Shown here: positions 12,595 to 26,912 of the stretch, piece after piece
Layout: each line of letters starts with the position of its first letter
Position numbering within the stretch: position 1 is the stretch's first letter
NCBI RefSeq assembly: GCF_009834535.1
Contig: NC_045697.1
Coordinates: 63,056,001 to 63,120,000 of the forward strand
DNA from: Camelus ferus
Taxonomy: Eukaryota
DNA: 64,000 bases
Direction of reading: 5' to 3'
Program-made: the position numbers and the translations under genes
The notes under the pieces: generated by a model
Databases searched by the model: none
Seen by the model: only the letters and a program-made list of their open reading frames with translations
Told to the model about the DNA's origin: nothing

Positions 12595-15500
12595 TCTGTG
12601 TTCCTTAGGATTTCCTAATTGCAAGATCATGCTATCTGCACATAGAGATAGGTTTGCTTCTTTCTTTCCAATCTGAATGTCTTTTTTTCTCCTATTTGCC
12701 CTGTCTAGAACCTCTAGTGTAATGTTGAATAGGCATAACAAGAGTGAACATCCCTGCTTGTTTCCAAGTTTAGAAAGAAAGGATTCAGGTTTTCACCACT
12801 AAGTATTACGATAACCGTGAGTTTTTCATACCTGTCTTTTATCAGATGGAGGGTTTCCCTCTTAAGTTTGTTGAGAGTCTTTATCATGGAAGTATGTTGG
12901 AATTTACTGAGTGCTTTTGGTGCATCTGTGAGATATCATGTGGTTTATTTTTCTTAATTTTGTTGATTATGGTGTTTTACAATAATTAATCGATGATTAA
13001 TTTTTGGATGTTAAATCAACCTTGCATTTCTGGAAAATCCATTTTGTCATGGTGTATGACCCTTTTATTTTGTTTGCTAGGATTTTGTTGAGGATTTTGC
13101 ATGTAAATTCATAATAAACATTGGTCTTTAGTGTTCTTTTCCATGCCATTTTCTGGTTTTGGTATTGGTTGATATTGGCCTCATAGAATAAATTGGGAAG
13201 CATTTCCTTTTTTTGGAAATTTGTAAAGAATTGGTATTAATTCTTCTATAAAAGTTTAGTAAAATACACCAGTGAAATCATCTTGTCATGGTGTTTTATT
13301 TCTGGGAAGATTTTTAAATGACTAATTAATTATCTTTATTTATTGTAAGCCTGTTCAGGTTTTATGTTTATTCTTGAGTCAGTATTGGTAGTTTGAGTCT
13401 TTGAGGAATTTGTCCGTTTCCTCTAACTTTTCTAATTTGTTTGGATACAGTTGTTCATAGTATTCTTTGTAATTCTGTAGGGTTGGTAGTGATATTCTCT
13501 CTTCGATTTTTTACTTTAATAATTTCAATGTTCTTCTTTTTTGGGGTCTTGCTGAAATTTTGTCAATTTTTTCAATTTTGTTGGATTTTCTGTATTTTCT
13601 ACTTTTTAGTTCAGTAATTAGCACACTAATCTTTATTATTTCATTTAGCCTGTGTGTGCTGGATTTTGTCTTTTCTTGCAGCTGTCCTCAAGGTGAAAGG
13701 TGATGCTATTGATTTGAAATATTTCTTCCAGTTTAATGTGTTTATAGCTGTAAATATCCCTCAATGCACTGCTTATGCTATGTTTTATAAGTTGTTTACT
13801 CTTCACTCATCTCAAAGCAGTTTTTAATTTCTCTTTTGATTAAAAATTTTTTTGATCCATTGGTTATTAAGAAGTGCATTATTTAGTTTCTACACATTTG
13901 TGAACTTTCCAAATTACCTTTTGTTATTAATTTCTAACTTCATTTCTTTGTGGTTGAGGAACCTATTTTGTATGATTTCAGTTGTTCAATGACTCTCTTT
14001 ATCTTTAGTAATTGTCTTGTTTGTTTTACAATGTATTTTGTCTGATATTAATGTAACCTTTTTGCTTTCCTGCATTGCTATTGGTATGGTATATTTATGT
14101 TTTCATCTTGTTTGTATCTTTGAATCTAAAATATGTCTCCCATAGATAGCATATTTTGGATGCTATTGTTATTTGTATCGAGTGTAAGAACCAATCTCTT
14201 TTTGATTGGATTGTTTAATTAATGCATTAAATACCTAATCTTACTGTTGATATGATTAGATTTATATCTGCCACTTAATTTTATATTTTATACACACATT
14301 AATATATATTAGTTATTTTCTTAGTGCTTGTTCTATAGCTTACAGTATACATCATAATTTATTAGAATCTACCTTGGATTTATGCTAATATAATTCCAGT
14401 GAGTTACAGAAATGTTACTCTTATATAGTTTTATATGAGAGCTTCCCCTTTTGTGATATTACTTTGTGTGTGTATGTTTGTACACATACGTATATATGTA
14501 AACATATACATCAATATACATATATATAGAAACAGAGAAAACAGAGACAGACACTTAGAGTCTATGTAGCAAACCAGGCAATACATTGTTATAATTATTT
14601 AGATAATTTTATGTCTTTTAAGGAAACTGAGAGAATAAAGGAGAGTAAGTATATATTCGTAGCCATTGTTGCATTAACCTTTTCATATACCATTACTGGT
14701 TTTCTTCATTTCTTCCTATGAATTTGCTCTGCCATCAGGTATCATTTTCTTCCTCCAGCACAGCTTTGGTCTCACTCTTTTGCCTTGTGCTGTGTGATAA
14801 ATATATTACCTTTCTACAAGTTATATGCCCAACAGTGTAATTATATACATATTCTTTATACAATTACTTTGAAATCAGTTAAGAGAAAAAAGAAGAAGAT
14901 GCAATTATATAGTCTTTTATAATCTTCTAGTAACTACCCTTACTGACACACTTTGGTTTTTGGTATGGGTTCAGATTACTTTTGGGTATCACTTGCTTTC
15001 AGCCTTTGAAACTTCCTTTAGTATTTCTTGAAAGGTGGATGTGCTAGCAGTGAATTCTCTCAGTTTTTGTTGACCTGAGAATGTCTTTGTTTTCATTTTT
15101 GAAAGATTATTTTGCTAAATATGAGATTCTTAACTAATGTTTGTTTTTCCTTTCAGCACTTTGACTGAAGCATCTTACTGCTTTATGTTCTCCATTGTTT
15201 TTGATGAAAATCCAGTTGTTGCTCTTATTTGGATTTCCTTGTATGGACACATTATTTTCCTCTTGTCACTTTCAAGATTTTCTTGTGCTCGTTGTTATTG
15301 TTTGCTTGTTTATTAGTTTAGTGATTTTGTTTAACTATTTTAATAAAGTCCGTTACCCTCACAGTGTGTAGTCTCTGATGTCATTCGTCAGAGGTACTGC
15401 CTTGGGCATGTGTACAGTCACCTGGGCATGTTTCCTCTCAAGAGATGGTAGTGGCTTTAGTCAATCTCTTTTGGCTGTCTCTTACTTTGCTTTCACTGTT

Positions 15501-16561
15501 AAATTTTTAGCTGGTCTGTTTCTATTGATGTCATCCCCAGCTGTTAGTCTCTACTAATGCTACCTGATTGCTCTATTGTTTTCAACAACACGTGGGGACA
15601 TAGACTGTGCTACCGTCTAATCCAGTTAAATTTGGGCACCTTTGCAGAGGTGTTCCTTGAGACTAGACTTTGAGACTTACTCCTACCCTAGGAGTGCTCT
15701 CTTTAGCTGCATTTCCCCCTGGTTTTCTCTGTTAAAACTTCTAGCTTTTCTACTGTTGTCCTTCTTGCTCTCAGAGAGCTACCATTCTCCTGTTTCTCAC
15801 CATGAAATCCTCATTCTTGTCAACAATGTTCTTACACTAGCACTTCCCATGTTCTGTTCCAAATAAAGGCAGTCCCCTTAAGGAGACCTTGGAACATCCA
15901 GTTTCTATGGCTTGCCCCTCCTTCTGGGAGGAAGCCCTGACCAGGTGCTCCAGAATGAGGAGGGAGTAGTGGCCCACTTCGCTAGGAGTGACATCCTTGC
16001 TCTAATGAATTTGGTACTTGGTGGGGACAGTAGCCCTTGTTCTTGTGTTGATCTCAGATCTACATCTGAGGAGCTTGCTTATACAAGGGTGGTCAGGGCC
16101 AGGTATCATCGTTCAGTCACTCCTAGGGTAGGCTTTAATCCTATGAGTGGAGGCTGAGTGAAGGGAGCCCAGACCATTTGGTTGTTTGTGCTTGGGATAG
16201 AGTTTGGGATAGAGTTTGGGATAGAGGATTGCTGGTGACCTGCTCCTCCTGAGGAGACACCAGAGACCTAGCAGGATCTGGTAGGGGGAGAGAGACCTGT
16301 GTTTTTCACTGCAAGTACCTGTAATAGAGCCTCCATCAGGCTGAGCTAGGTGTGGGTAGAGGTGGACTGTGGCTCAAATGCCACAGGCTCTCACTGTTTT
16401 TATTGAGATTTATTAGATTTTGTTTAAATATTTCTCATGTTGCATATCCTTAGGACATTTTCCTGATATCTTAAGTAGCTGCTTTACTTGATTTTCACCT
16501 GTTATGGCTGTTTCGCTGGGGAGAGGGTCCAGGGAGCTCTTTACGCCCCAATTCTGGAAGT
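12595..16561 (-). mobile_element. Old L1M-type LINE: 5'UTR, ORF1 and ORF2 remnants up to the RT domain
   Basis: Antisense ORF2 similarity (minus-strand ORF LPNLFYEANI...KILNKILANKI). The T-rich body runs to about 15.3 kb, then a GC-richer 5'UTR ends in ...attctggaagt, like L1M 5' ends. Confidence 0.75.
16192..16226. repeat. 12-bp tandem repeat (TTGGGATAGAGT) x ~3
   Basis: Seen directly. Confidence 0.85.
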
Positions 16562-18419
16562 GCACTCACACACTGAGTTTTACCCTTTTCTGCTTAGTAT
16601 GCTGTCTCCAAATGATCATTGTGAAGTTGAGATATTCAAATTGATGGGACCTTGAATGGGTGTGAAAAACCAAGGTTTCACAGAGATTCAATAGGCATTA
16701 TTTATTCTTTGGATTTGTAAAACACTTTATTCTAGGACGCTTAAGTGTTTATTGTTGCTTAGTAATGCTTACTGAAGATATGTAGAAAGTGAAAATCTGC
16801 TCTAAATTCTGTGAAGTCCTGATTAATCTAGCCCAACTCTTTGCTTTGAAAAACAAAGTTGGATATTCCAAACTGAATATTGCCTTTTTCTTTAACAAAA
16901 AGGATCAATATCCACAGGAGTCCAACATGAAAATACTTAACTGAATATTATTAGTACCCTCATGAAGTCCTGAAATGTAGTTTCTAGATAAAATGTGGAA
17001 GTCTGTGTCCATATCACAATTTAAGCAAATATATAAAAATGGAATATAGAATAAATACACTTATTAACAATTTATTAATTTTAAAAAAGAGTCCCAAGAG
17101 TTCCTTCAAGTAGATTCTTCCTGTAGTGTTCTTAACATTTATTTTCATTTACAAACATCTGTATATGTTTATAAAAAAAGTGTATGTTAATACATATATT
17201 CCTCATCATGGACATAGTTTTCCTATCTTTGCTTATTCTGCCTCTACTAGTGTCTTCTTTTTCAGTGAAATGACAGTTTTTCAAATGATACATCAAGAAA
17301 AATTTACTCTAGTGCCTTTTATCACCAAGTAACAATACTTTAATAAACACTGTCTCCCAGTCTTTATTAAAATACCACTAGAATTCCAATTTACTAATTT
17401 ACAAAGAAAATTATAATGATTACATAGAACTATTTGAATCAGCACGCTCATCATATATTTTTCTCATTAGAAAGATCTTCATGGAAAACAGAATCACAAT
17501 TAGAATGTTGCTTGGTGACCATGGAATCTGAACAATAGTTAATCTTTGATAATTGGAATGATTTATAGTATCATGCCATTTTTTTCGCCTGTTTACATCT
17601 TTACCCTGTCCGCTCTACTGTCAATAAAATTCAACCAATTTGAAGGCTATAAAAGATTAGGGCATCTCAAGCATAAGGATAGTAAAAATTTAGTTTACAG
17701 ATCAACAGTGGTAAGTGGAAAATTTTGACATTGACAAACATAGTTTACAACCTTAGCATTTGGGGGTTCTAACAATTTCAGATCTCTATTCTGAATAAGT
17801 TTTCAGAATCTACTGGTTATAGTATAAATATCCGACTTTTAAATGCAGTACATTACACTGAAACTATAACTGTTGTCTATCATCCAAATAAGTGTAAAAG
17901 AACACAGTCTAAGCAAGAGAAGTCTTCAGAAAATAGCCAGTGTACAAGTATGATATCTAACGTTTGTTTTCTATGTTTCAGATACTGTTCACTTTACATA
18001 TCTAATGCCATCCATTTTCATAATAGGTAGGAACTTATTCATTTTACAGAATAGGAAACTGAAACTCTGCATACTTATGTACCTTATCTAAATTTTATAG
18101 CTATGTTGGCATTTATCCCAACAACCTAACTCTAGGTTTCTCACTCTTACTCTGGCACATTGCATCCTGAAAGTATGTAAATATTTTTCTTTGTCTTTTA
18201 TAGTTTATCCCCAGGTTCCACAGATTTGAAAATCATGTTTATTGACACCGTCCCAGTTCCAGCTGGAGTTCTCTGTTCTTTTAACTTAACTCTTAAAGAG
18301 GCCATTCCTAAAGTCATAGAAATTTTCCAGCAGGCTTTGTGACCGGGCTCATTTTGTAATTGCACAAATACATAATGCACAGGGTAGTTAAGATGCAGAA
18401 GAATATATGAATGTGAGCC

Positions 18420-18640
18420 AAAGCATGATGTGCCAGGCATTATTCTAGTGCCTTGTGCATGTTATTCATTTAATCTGTGGTAAAATTCTTTTGGCATTAT
18501 TGCCTCCATTTTTACAGATAAAGGAACTTGGAGTAAGAGAGGCTAGGTGCTTGGCTACATTAATAACGTGCATTTGGCTACATATTATGTAAGTATTTGA
18601 CCTGAATTGTGCCCTTTTGTCCCGAAGTTACTGCTCTTCC
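18420..18640 (-). mobile_element. MIR SINE
   Basis: Reads atgtgccaggcattattcta...ccatttttacagataaaggaact. Confidence 0.7.
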
Positions 18641-18774
18641 CAGTAGTCCCAGTCATGTCCTAAAGTGTTTACTGAGTGCTTAGTGTTGCAGGCTCTTTGA
18701 GTAAGCTGTCATCAGAGTGCTTCTCTGGAGGTAGTTATTATTAAACTTATTTAATGAGACACTAAGAATCAGAA

Positions 18775-18983
18775 AGATAGGAATATGGGATTAAGAGACA
18801 CAAATGACTGTGTATAAAATAAATAAGCAACAAAGGTACATTGTACAGCATAGGGAAATACAGCCATTACTTGGTAATAATTTTAAATGGAGTATAATCT
18901 ATAAAAATATTGAATTATTATGTTGTATACCTAAATGAGTGTAATATTATAAATCAACTATATTTCAATAAAAAAGCAAAAAA
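18775..18983 (+). mobile_element. L1 3'UTR terminal fragment
   Basis: Reads gggattaagagacacaaa...tacagcatagggaaatacagcc...aaatcaactatatttcaataaaaaa. Confidence 0.8.
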
Positions 18984-19302
18984 GCTGGACAGTCTAAAAA
19001 GTTTTTATATAAAATAAATAAAGTTTTCATAAATGTATCTATCCTAAGTTCAGTGTTTATGTATTTGATTTGCTTAAAGTGTAGTATGGATATAGGCCTC
19101 CACATTTCATCTATAATCTCTTTAGATTTATTTATTTAACTAACTATCCTATTGGTTTTGTTTTTCTAAGTACCCATACCAGTAGTAGCTGTATCTTATC
19201 TATCCCAGAATGAATCTCTCTTTTTTCACCACCGTAACCAACATAAATCCCTGCTTTGTTCATTTGAGTTTTCACCAAATATGTATTGGTTAATTCTTTT
19301 AC

Positions 19303-20880
19303 TTTTTTTTTTTTATTGAAATGTAGTTGATTTACAATGTCAGTTGCAGGTGTACAGCAAAGCAATTCAGTTATATAGTGATGCTGAGCATTTTTTCATG
19401 TGCCTGTTGGCCATCTGTAGGTTTTCTTTGGAAAAATGTCTGTTTAGGTCTTCTGCCCATTTTTTAATTGGGTAATTTTTTGATATTGAGTTATATGAGC
19501 TGTTACCCCTTGCTGATCAAATCATTTTAAAACATTTTCTCTTATTCTGTAAGTACTTCTGTACATGGTTCCTTTTGCTGTTTAATTAGATCCCATTTGC
19601 TTATTTTTGCTTTTCTTTCTTTTGCCTTAGGAGACAGATATAAAAAAACACTGCTATGATTTATATCAAAGACTGTTCTGTCTATGTTCTCTTCTAGGAG
19701 TTTTATAGTTTCAGGTCTTACATTTAAGTATTTAATCCTTTTTGAGTTTATCTTCATATATGGTGTGAGCAAATGTTCTTATCTCATTCTTTTACCTGTA
19801 GCTGTACAGTTTTTTCACCACCACTTATTGAAAAGACTGTCTTTTCTTCATTGTATATTCTTGCCTCCTTTGTTGTAGGTTAACTGATTATAAGTGCATG
19901 GATTCATTTCTAGGCTCTCTGTTCTGTTGTGTTTTTGTGCTAGTACCATGTTGTTTTGGTTATTGTACTTTTGTAGTTTAGTCTGAAGTCAGGAAGCATT
20001 TTAACTCCAGCTTTGTTCTTTAATCTCAAGATTGCTTTGGCAACTTAGGGTGTTTTTTGGTTCCACATGAATTTTAGGATTATTCTGTGAAAAATGTCAT
20101 AGATGTTTTGATAGGGATTGCATTAAATCTAGCAATTTTGTTTTGGGTAGTATGGCCATTTTAACAGTATTCTTCTAAGCTCTAGGGGATGTCTTTCCAT
20201 TTCTTTGTATCTTTTTCAAATTCCTTCATCAATGTTTTATAGTTTTCAGAGTATAGATCTTTCACTTCCTTGGTTAAGTTTATTCCTAGGTATTTTATTC
20301 TTTTTTATGGGATTGTTTCCTTAATTTCTCTTTCTGATAATTCATAATTAATGTATAGAAAAGCAACAGATTTCTGTGTATTAATCTTGTATCCTGAAAC
20401 TTTCACTGAATTCATTCTTACTTCTAATAGTTTTTTGGTGAAGACTTCAGGGTTTTCTGTATGTAGTATCATGTCATCTGCAAATAGTGACAGTTTTACT
20501 TCTTTTTCTTGTCCAATTGCTGTGGCTTGGACTTCCAATACCATGTTAAACAGAAGTGGTGAGAATGGGCATCCTTATCTTGTTCCTGATTTTAAAGGAA
20601 AAGCTGAATCACTGTTGAATATAGTTAGCTATGGGTTTGTTATAAATGGCCATTATTATGTTGAGATAAGTTTGATCTATACCAACTTTGAGAGTCTTTT
20701 TTTAATCATGAAAGGGTATTGAATTTTGTCAGATACTTTTCCTGTGTCTGTTGAGGTGATCATGTAATTTTTATCCTTACTTGTGTTAATACGGTATATC
20801 ACACTGATGGATTTGCAAATATTGAACCATTCTTGCATCTCTGGAATCAATCTTACTTGATCACGGTGTATGAGCCTTTC
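19303..20880 (-). mobile_element. 5'-truncated L1 (poly-T, 3' tail, ORF2 remnants) with an internal deletion near 19376
   Basis: Minus-strand ORFs give L1 ORF2 motifs: [68 protein letters not shown]. Confidence 0.9.
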
Positions 20881-20949
20881 TATGCATGAAAATTTTATTA
20901 ATTTTAAAATAAGGAATGCCAAAGAAGTTCCTTCAGTGGATATGTAATA

Positions 20950-21268
20950 CACACCTATATCTGTATCTATGTAAGAAGATTCATTATAAGGAATTGACTC
21001 ATACAGTTATGGAGGCTGAGAAATCCCAAGATATGCAGTTGGCAAGCTAGATACCCAGGAGAGCCAGTGGAGTAGGTTCCAGTCTTAGTCCAAATCCAAA
21101 GGCAGGAGAAGACTGATATCCTAACTTGAAGACAGTCAGACAGACACAGCAAATTCTCCCTTAGTCAGCCTTTTACTCTATTCAGGCCTTTCAGATTTGA
21201 TGAGGCCCACTGAATACCTGGGTAGTCCAGTGGCCTAGTCAAATGAACATGTACAATTAACCATTATA
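20950..21268 (-). mobile_element. MLT2-type ERVL LTR
   Basis: Reads attataaggaattgactcatacagttatggaggctgagaaatcccaagat...aattaaccattata, matching the recalled antisense MLT2. Confidence 0.8.
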
Positions 21269-21647
21269 CTGCTTGATTTTCTATTAACTTTATCATTTGA
21301 AGGAAGATGATCTTGACAGTTAGGTTCCAGATTGATGGTAAGAGGATACAGAGTTTGCAGCCAGTAAATATATTACAATATCTATAGAATAATGACTTCA
21401 ACACTTCAGTCTGTATTTGATGTTAACTGACATGACATCACAAAAATAGTTTTTAAGAAATGATTTATTCATTTAATAATTTTTCAAAGTGAAATATTTG
21501 TAAAGAACTCAAAGAATTTTTGAAAAGTTTATGTGATTTAAAAAAAGAAGTTTCTCTTTGATAATTGCATTCCTCAAATAATCATAATGGTTTGATAGAT
21601 TTCTTTCTAGCTTTTTTTCTATACAAATGATATTAATTATATATACT

Positions 21648-22095
21648 ATGTTTGTTTTGGTCCCCTAAGAAGCAGACATCAAAATGGACCTAGATGTGCA
21701 AGAGATTTAATAGAGAAGACACCTGTGAAGGATAAAAGGGGAGTGAGCAGTGGTAGTCTTGGAGAATCTTCAGAGTATAATGAAGATCTGACATCTGTGT
21801 AAGAAGAGAGGGGAGAGAGAATTGGGTAGGAGAGACCAGAATCATTTGAAAAAGTTTCAGCCAGTCCAATGGGTAGTCCTCAAGTGAAAGTTGCCCATGA
21901 TAGGAATCCCATGGTTGGTAGGAATGACCTGATTCTAGGAGCCCTTTCATGTTCAGTCATTGACTGGAGCAGACTGGGGAGGTGTGGTCTCAAGATGAAT
22001 ACTATGATGGAGGCTGTCAATCTGGTGTGCTCCCCACAGCTGGTTTTCTTGAAGGAAGATCTGAGTGGAGCACCTATGTGGTAGTCCCACATATG
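21648..22095 (-). mobile_element. ERVL LTR (LTR16-like)
   Basis: Reads ggtcccctaagaagcagac...gtgcaagagatttaata...acacctgtgaagg. Confidence 0.55.
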
Positions 22096-23164
22096 CATAC
22101 CATGTTTTATTTAGTAGGATCGTAGTATATACTTATACAGTATGTTTCTGGCAGTTGCAAATTTGTCATGAGATACTTCTGTAATCTTTCTAGGTGCTAA
22201 AAATGTCAATTGTGTGTCTGTAGCACAATTTATTTAGCCAATGCAATATCTAAATTATTAAGAAATATTTTATGTCTATGTAAACTATAGTATTATAATA
22301 TTTGATCCTTAATTGATGAGGTGCCTTTTTAGTAGAATAGCTACATACTTTGTTATTAAATATTTTCAGACATATAATACATTCAATATGCTCCTCAAAC
22401 TTAAGAGAAAGCCTGACATGCCTAGGTTAGGTTGTAATGGTTGGACATGACCTTACTGCCTGAAAGAAGTATTAGCAGATTTTTAAAGAAGAGTCTATTA
22501 TCATGTTCTTATTATGTGATTTTTATATAGGTTTAATTTTATAGGATATAAATTATTGGACTGGTTCCTTTTTTAGCTGGATGGAGATTTTCGTTTTATC
22601 TTCCATATCTTTAATGTATTTAAGATATTGTATGAATAATTCTATCTCTTAATATATTTATGTGAAAGGATTCTTAGAGCAATAGGAAATTTATGGTGAT
22701 TATTGAGAGCTTCTGAAGAAATCTGCATATAAAAAGCCTTTGCTTAAAGAAATTTTTGTAATTTTACTATAACTTGAGCACTTGAGTCTTTATTTAAACA
22801 TATGGGATAAGACTGAACTCTTAGGAATTTCCAAATTACAGATTAATGATTTCTATATTTCTGTATTAATTTCTTATCTCTGGAATAAGCTTATTTAGAT
22901 CATTTATTATAGTAGAAATATTTTATCATGTGAACCATACCCTAAAACTACATCTTTGAATTTAGATTGAATTGTGTTCATTTTGTGATACGATGTTTTG
23001 AAATTTAAAATGTAAATTATAGTAAGTAATGTTCAAATCTAAAAACAACCTTGTTATTAAATGTATTAAATAAGAGGAAATTGAAATATGTAGAATTACA
23101 ACTTTTTTTTTTAATTGCACTATTCATTTTATTTATTTTGATTAGACATGTTTGGGCTGTGGGG

Positions 23165-23360
23165 TTTTTTTTGTATTTTTTTTTTATTAAAGTATAGTCA
23201 GTTTACAATGTATGAATTTCTGATGTATAGCACAATGCTTCAGTCATGCATGAACATTACATATATTTGTTTTCATACTCTTTTGCACCGTAAGTTACTA
23301 CAAGATATTGAGTATAGTTTCCTGTGCTATACAGTATGCACTTGTTGTTTATCTATTTTA
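23165..23360 (-). mobile_element. Short L1 3' end
   Basis: Poly-T followed by attaaagtatagtcagtttacaatg...tgctatacagt. Same family as the copies at 41.8-42.06 kb and 51.4-51.7 kb. Confidence 0.85.
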
Positions 23361-24196
23361 TTTTCATTAGTATCTGCAAGTATGACTTTTTAATAAGTTA
23401 TACCATGTTTATTATTGATATCATGTGTGAATTCATTAAAGCTGGATATTTCAACTATTCAGATGATTTTAAGAAAATGATTTTGGGGAAATAAAGTTGA
23501 TGTTGATAGATTAAAATAATGGAATGAATTTATAAATATATTTAGAAAACAGATTCATATTTTGACTAATAAATACAATTTTATCCTATTTTATAATAGA
23601 CAAGGCCAAAATCCTGGGGTTTTTTTTTTTTGCATTTTTAAAAGCAGATGGGCCATAGAACATCAGAGAAATATCTTCATTTCTCATAAAATTGGATGAT
23701 GGGATAAAACTAATTATAATGTTAAGCTTGGGATCTTTTTCTCTTTGGTTTTGGATAAAATTTCAAATTATTGGCAGAGATCCTGAGGTAACGTTAAACT
23801 GAACTCAGATGTTAAAGGCCCACTTCTGTTTCTTCAGAAAGCCTCCTTTCACCCTGTTTTAAACTATTTTTTGGCTGTTTTAATATAGTACAGTTTTCTT
23901 GGGTTATAGAAATTTTTGAGATCACTTCACTCTTGAGAGAGCACAAAAAACTTCTTTTAATGTTAACTCTGAAATTATGCAAGCATATGAAAAAAGGAAT
24001 TGATGTTCCTAAGAAGGTAAACTCAGTGGTAGGAACTTAAACGACTCAAAATGAACAAAAATGAATTATAAATCTGTGGGTAAGAAAATGATTGTAGCTC
24101 ATAATTGTTTACCTGTTGAAAATGTACTTCTAATAAAAAACATTTGAGTTAATTTTAAATGATTTTCCATTTCATTTAGTCATCTTTTAAACAAAT

Positions 24197-24413
24197 ATGT
24201 TAAAAAATTTTTATTTATTTATTTATCGAAGTATCATCAGTTACAGTGTGTCAGTTTCTGGTGTACAGCATAATGTCCCAGTCATGCATACATACACCTA
24301 TATTCGTTAATACATTTTTTTCATTAAAAGTTATTACAATATGTTGAGTATAGTTCCCTTTTCTATACAGAAGAAATTTGTTTTTTTAATCTGTTTTTAT
24401 ATATAGTGGTTAC
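24197..24413 (-). mobile_element. Short L1 3' end inserted at the tail of an L2
   Basis: L1 tail motif. The TSD CATCTTTTAAACA lies at 24181-24193 and 24414-24426. Confidence 0.85.
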
Positions 24414-24429
24414 CATCTTTTAAACACAT

Positions 24430-25130
24430 TTTTTTTTAATGTTTACTGTATTCTGGGCATTTTTCTGGGTACTAGGGTACAGTAGAGAGCAAGACAGGTG
24501 AAGTCACTGCCCTTGTGGCATTCATACTCCTGTCTGGAGAGGCAAACAGTAGGCAAGTAAACGAATAGGTTAGGAAGGCCGTTTGTGAGGTGAGTACATT
24601 GAAGTGGGCATGTGGGGACTGGCGCGACATGTGCTTAAACAGAGTGATGAGTTAGGGGAGCTAACCAATTTGATACAGAGAGTGATCTGAAGTCCCAGTG
24701 ATGAGGTGAAGTTTGAAATAAAATCTGAATAACAAGATGGAGCCAGCCATATACAAATGCAAGAGCAGGGGTTTCCTGGGTTGGCAAGAGTGAATAATAA
24801 GGCCCTAAGGCCCTAATGTCTTGCTGTGGTCAATAGACAGAAAAAAGGGCTAATGTGACTAAGACAGATCAAGCAAGGAGGATAACCTGCTATAAGATTA
24901 AAGAGGTAGGACTTTGGCAAATGTATGTAATTTATTTGGATTTAAATCTAATGGCACGTCTTCCAAAACCTTTAAGTGAGAGGACGACAAAGATATTTTT
25001 TAATAAAACAAGAAAAAAATCATTTTTAATATGCAGGAAAGATTGTGGAGGACAGTGACAGAAGCAAGGAGTCAGTTGTAGACATTTGAGTTGTCTTGGC
25101 AAGAGATTGATGGTTAATAAGTAGGAGTTT
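24430..25130 (-). mobile_element. L2 LINE 3' region
   Basis: Reads actagggtacagtagagagcaagacagg...ctgcccttgtggcattcatactc, antisense L2. Confidence 0.65.
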
Positions 25131-26628
25131 GGTCATAACTGTGAGTATAGTTCTCTGGAAAAATGAGGTGTTCTAATACTGTAAGTAATTTTTCTTGTAA
25201 ATTCAGTAAAATGCATTCCTTTAAGAAAACATTGAGTGCTATAACTGATTTGGTGCAGGTGGTTGACTCAGGAAAAAAAAGCCCATTAAGATAAATATAT
25301 CACAAATGGAGACCCCAAATGCATAGTAAATACTTTGGAGGCAGAAGAAACATTTAAGAATTTGTCTGAAAAAATGAAATAAAATATAAATTTATTTTAG
25401 ATGATGATTACAATGATGGCTTCAGTGCAAGGAATGGATAAAGAATGATCGAGTATTGTTTTGGGGAAGCAACTTTACAGACATAAAGATAACAATAGAA
25501 ATATGTAACAGCTTCAATTCACACTTGAGTTTTTGAGCACCATCATAAAGAGGAGCTCTTGTAAAAAATATGCTTGAGGGCTTCAGTTTCTTCAAGGATG
25601 TAATCTGTGATATTCAAAGAATTTTTGTTTCTTGTACAAATTCTCTAGCTATCCTTTACAAGTTTTTCTTCTCTAATTCTATATCTTACAGTTCTGGTTT
25701 GTCAGTGGTTTTGTGTGTGTTTTGAGCAGTTTTCTACCTCACTTTTGTGAATTTAGTGGAATTCTACAATTTTTGCATGCTCTGTCATTTCACTTTGGAA
25801 TTTATTGCATTTTGGTTGCATTGCATTTTTGATTGTCTTCAGTAAAAATCTAACCCCTGAAAACATTGACATAATTTCTGGGAAGTCATCCTAGTATTAA
25901 CTGAGATGTGAAATTTTATTGACTATTAATTTTATAAAAGGTTAGTCTATTACAGAATATATTTGTGTTAGGATCATTTTTGTTGCCCTATACATCATCA
26001 ACTAAGCAAGATTAGAACTAACAAGAACGTCTTTAATATTGTGATACTTTCCTGTATACTGGAATGTTTTCTGTAGTTTTTTGGTGTGTTTCTAAACTTT
26101 CTTTCTCTCCATTGTATACATTGAATACACGTATGTATTGTATGCATGTATACACTGAATAATATATACATAGCTGTCTAGCACACTATTTTGTAGCACA
26201 CTATATTTTGCTTTAGAGTTTGGATGGTGCTCAGGATGTCTGAGTTCACTAGAACATTTCTAGATAATCAAACATTTCTATCTATCTGAGCATTTAATAT
26301 TCCTCTCAAGAATATCGTTGTCTTGATCATTCTTAACTGAAGGTTTTTTGTTTTTTCATACTCTGAGTTGATATATTAATTCTGAATTTATTCCTTCAGT
26401 AAAGAAGTCCCTTCATACATTCCAGATTACATTTTTTCACTAAACTTAATCCATTTTTTCCTGATATCCTTGTTTATTCCCCTTATTTTAAATAAAGGAC
26501 TTAATTTCCCTTCCATCTCTATAAACAATAAGAGTACTTTAAAAATAACGTTTAATAAAGAATAGTCTTGTATTTCAGACAGTTTCTATTTTATAATCTT
26601 TAACTTTTGAACAGATGGACCTTTATGG

Positions 26629-26912
26629 GTTTATGCTGAGGAGAAAAGGATATGACCTACTTGTCATCTCTTACTTGACCATTTTTAAGTTCTTGAAGTA
26701 ATTAAACCAAAATTAATACAATTGGTATATAATAATTTACCAAAATAACTAAATATATTATATTGCCCTGGCAATATGTGCAGTTGTAATTATTTTGGTA
26801 TAATTATTATATACCAATTGTATTAATTTTGGTTTAATTACTTTAAGAATTTAAAAAATGGTCAAATAAGAGATGACAAATTGTTCATATCCTTTTTCTC
26901 CTCAGCATAAAC
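26629..26912. repeat. Long AT-rich inverted repeat (palindrome), ~140-bp arms
   Basis: The left arm 26629-26767 is the reverse complement of the right arm 26770-26912. A 42-bp perfect core pairs 26696-26737 with 26802-26843. Confidence 0.95.
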
